In this document: one piece after another, positions 62,279 through 64,000 of the stretch
Layout: each line of letters begins with the position of its first letter
How positions within the stretch are numbered: position 1 is the first letter of the stretch
Source of the DNA: a virus
IMG/VR virus record: IMGVR_UViG_3300045988_087184
Direction: 5' to 3' (one strand)
Length of the DNA: 64,000 nt
The notes under the pieces: model-generated
What the model was told of the DNA's origin: nothing
Seen by the model: only the letters and a program-made list of their open reading frames with translations
The model's database searches: none
Made by a program: the position numbers and the translations under genes

Positions 62279-62968
62279 ATGGAAAAAGAAGGAATTATCG
62301 GGAGAATTAAGGTTCTCATGTCGGAAGGAGCTGATAACGCCAATTCTTTCTCTAAGAAGGTTGGGATTGATCCGTCAGGGTTCCGTAAGAAGATGAAAGG
62401 AGAATCTCCAGTTATGCCTAGAGATATCAAATTAATCTGTGATACCCTAGGCGTAAACAGGGAATGGCTCGAAACCGGCGAAGGCGAGAAACGAACCTAT
62501 TCGTTAGGATTCGATAAAGATTCGCTTAACCGGTCAATCGACAAGGCCTTCGCTCAGTGCGCACACGGGAATGACGCAAAGCCTTTCTACGACGTAGACT
62601 TTGCATTGGGTTTTAGTGAGATGTTTAACGACTCTCCCAACGTGCCTATGAAGTACATCTCAGTGCCAGGTTACGAGAAGACTGATTTCTGGTGTCGAAC
62701 ATCAGGTGACAGCATGAAGCCTCTTATAAGTAACGGAGACATTATAGCTCTGAAGCAGGTTCTTGATTGGAAGGAGTTCTTGCCGATGAACGAGGTATAC
62801 GCAATCATGACAACAAACGACCTCAGGACAGTGAAGATTATCCGCAAGGGTTCGGATGATTTCCACTTCACTCTTCACGCATACAACGAGGAGTACGAGG
62901 ATCAGGAGATACCAAAGGAGGCTATAACGAAAGTGTTCAAGGTTCTTGGGGCATTAAAGGCAATATAA
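62279..62968 (+). CDS. CI/LexA-like repressor (HTH + S24 peptidase domain)
   Basis: An N-terminal CI-type HTH and a C-terminal SGDSMKPLISNGDIIALK motif typical of S24 peptidases. Confidence 0.8.
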   Translation: MEKEGIIGRIKVLMSEGADNANSFSKKVGIDPSGFRKKMKGESPVMPRDIKLICDTLGVNREWLETGEGEKRTYSLGFDKDSLNRSIDKAFAQCAHGNDAKPFYDVDFALGFSEMFNDSPNVPMKYISVPGYEKTDFWCRTSGDSMKPLISNGDIIALKQVLDWKEFLPMNEVYAIMTTNDLRTVKIIRKGSDDFHFTLHAYNEEYEDQEIPKEAITKVFKVLGALKAI

Positions 62969-62989
62969 TTAATTATAAATGTTGATATT

Positions 62990-63505
62990 ATGAAGAGAAT
63001 ATTAATCATATTAACAGCAGCATTATTCTCCAGTGCTTCTTATTCGCAAGTAGTAATGGGAAGAGACATAACTACGACCAGCAAGAAATACGCTGCATTC
63101 CTTGTGACCAAGGGATACAGGCCATACGAAACGGTTTCTGGAGTAAAAAAGTTCAAGGTAAAATTTGCGGGTTTTACTAACGTAAGAGAAGAAGTGCATT
63201 ACGACACTAGCAACGACTCTATCACGCAAGTAAAGTTCATTTTCGAAAATAGGACTCAAAGCGAACTGGAGGACGCATACTTCACACTTCTCAAGCAATA
63301 CAAACAGAAGTACCCTGAAGGGGAAAACGGGGACATGAAATGGGAAGGAATTGATATGTATATGTGGCACTACAACCCATCAAAAGGCTCGAAGAGGTCT
63401 ATATATCTAAGCATAGACAACATCAAGCATGAGATGCAGGTGCAATACTTCTCAAACTACGAAGAGAAAGAAAACAAGAAAATAGAAATAAGTAGTGATA
63501 TATGA
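62990..63505 (+). CDS. secreted or lipoprotein-like protein (171 aa)
   Basis: Signal peptide MKRILIILTAALFSSASYSQ, directly downstream of the repressor gene (moron-like position). Confidence 0.55.
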   Translation: MKRILIILTAALFSSASYSQVVMGRDITTTSKKYAAFLVTKGYRPYETVSGVKKFKVKFAGFTNVREEVHYDTSNDSITQVKFIFENRTQSELEDAYFTLLKQYKQKYPEGENGDMKWEGIDMYMWHYNPSKGSKRSIYLSIDNIKHEMQVQYFSNYEEKENKKIEISSDI

Positions 63506-63873
63506 AAACAGCAAAAGAAATCCTTGACGGGAAAATCTACAATAGATTCGATCTAGCAAGAGCTTGCGAAGATGTAGCGCGCTTTTTCGAAGAATCGGAA
63601 GCGAGTTCCAAGTTAATAATCAGCGGGAAACAATTTGATGACATAAGACCAGACGCAGACTTCTACGGATACTTTATGTACCAAGGTGACGAGGCCGTAA
63701 ACAAACTTGTAAACTCTAGAATTGCAACAGAAAAGATGGGGTATATCGGCTTAGGCTTTGCCTTAATAGAAACAGAAAACTCTTGCGTCAGAAAACTTGT
63801 TGATGAGCTTAGAAAGAATAAATTCTACGCAGAAAGAGTTTGCGCAGGGATTTATGTTGTGACAATAATATAA
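63502..63873 (+). CDS. hypothetical protein (123 aa)
   Basis: Track ORF with a 4-nt overlap to the previous gene. Confidence 0.5.
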   Translation: MKTAKEILDGKIYNRFDLARACEDVARFFEESEASSKLIISGKQFDDIRPDADFYGYFMYQGDEAVNKLVNSRIATEKMGYIGLGFALIETENSCVRKLVDELRKNKFYAERVCAGIYVVTII

Positions 63874-64000
63874 TTTTTGTGAGTAATATGTGAGTAAGTA
63901 ACCGGTGATTACACCAAATACTATCAGTACTAGAGACTTACCGAGATACACGAGAGTCTTCCCAAGCCTGTGAGGCGGGTTCGACTCCCGTATCTCGCTC

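Overview
The window is a contiguous piece of a tailed dsDNA phage genome with a siphovirus-type structural module. A Bacteroidota host is likely: several promoters fit TTTG-N20-TAnnTTTG, Shine-Dalgarno sites are almost absent, and there are DUF3127-, DUF4494- and DUF5675-like proteins.

Layout:
- 0-3.9 kb: small leftward early genes with a repeated intergenic cassette, an iteron-like repeat array and an ORF-poor structured block.
- 3.9-4.9 kb: AT-rich control or origin-like region.
- 4.9-9.8 kb: rightward replication and nuclease genes (P4/D5-type primase-helicase, two HNH endonucleases, a DUF3310 protein).
- 10-16.3 kb: leftward packaging genes (PAPS-reductase-like, Mu-F/gp7-like, portal, and TerL interrupted by an intein with class-3 WCT hallmarks).
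- 16.4-41.8 kb: rightward head, tail, G/GT -1 frameshift chaperone, 2096-aa tape measure and fibre genes.
- 43.2-44.7 kb: lysis cassette.
- 44.8-58.7 kb: leftward early genes (DUF1653-dUTPase fusion, SSB-like protein, YqaJ exonuclease, annealing protein, DUF1064 nuclease, many tiny ORFs).
- 58.8-60.2 kb: six leftward tRNA or tRNA-like genes, three of them non-canonical, enclosing a 0.5 kb ORF-free structured segment.
- 60.4-63.9 kb: lysogeny-type switch (Xis-like HTH, Rha, two paralogous CI-type HTH proteins, face-to-face promoters).

The strongest finding is a complete diversity-generating retroelement embedded in the fibre module: target VR 34751-34869, an accessory ORF, TR 35365-35483 and RT 35621-36661.

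All calls come from reading the sequence and the ORF track. No database search was run.
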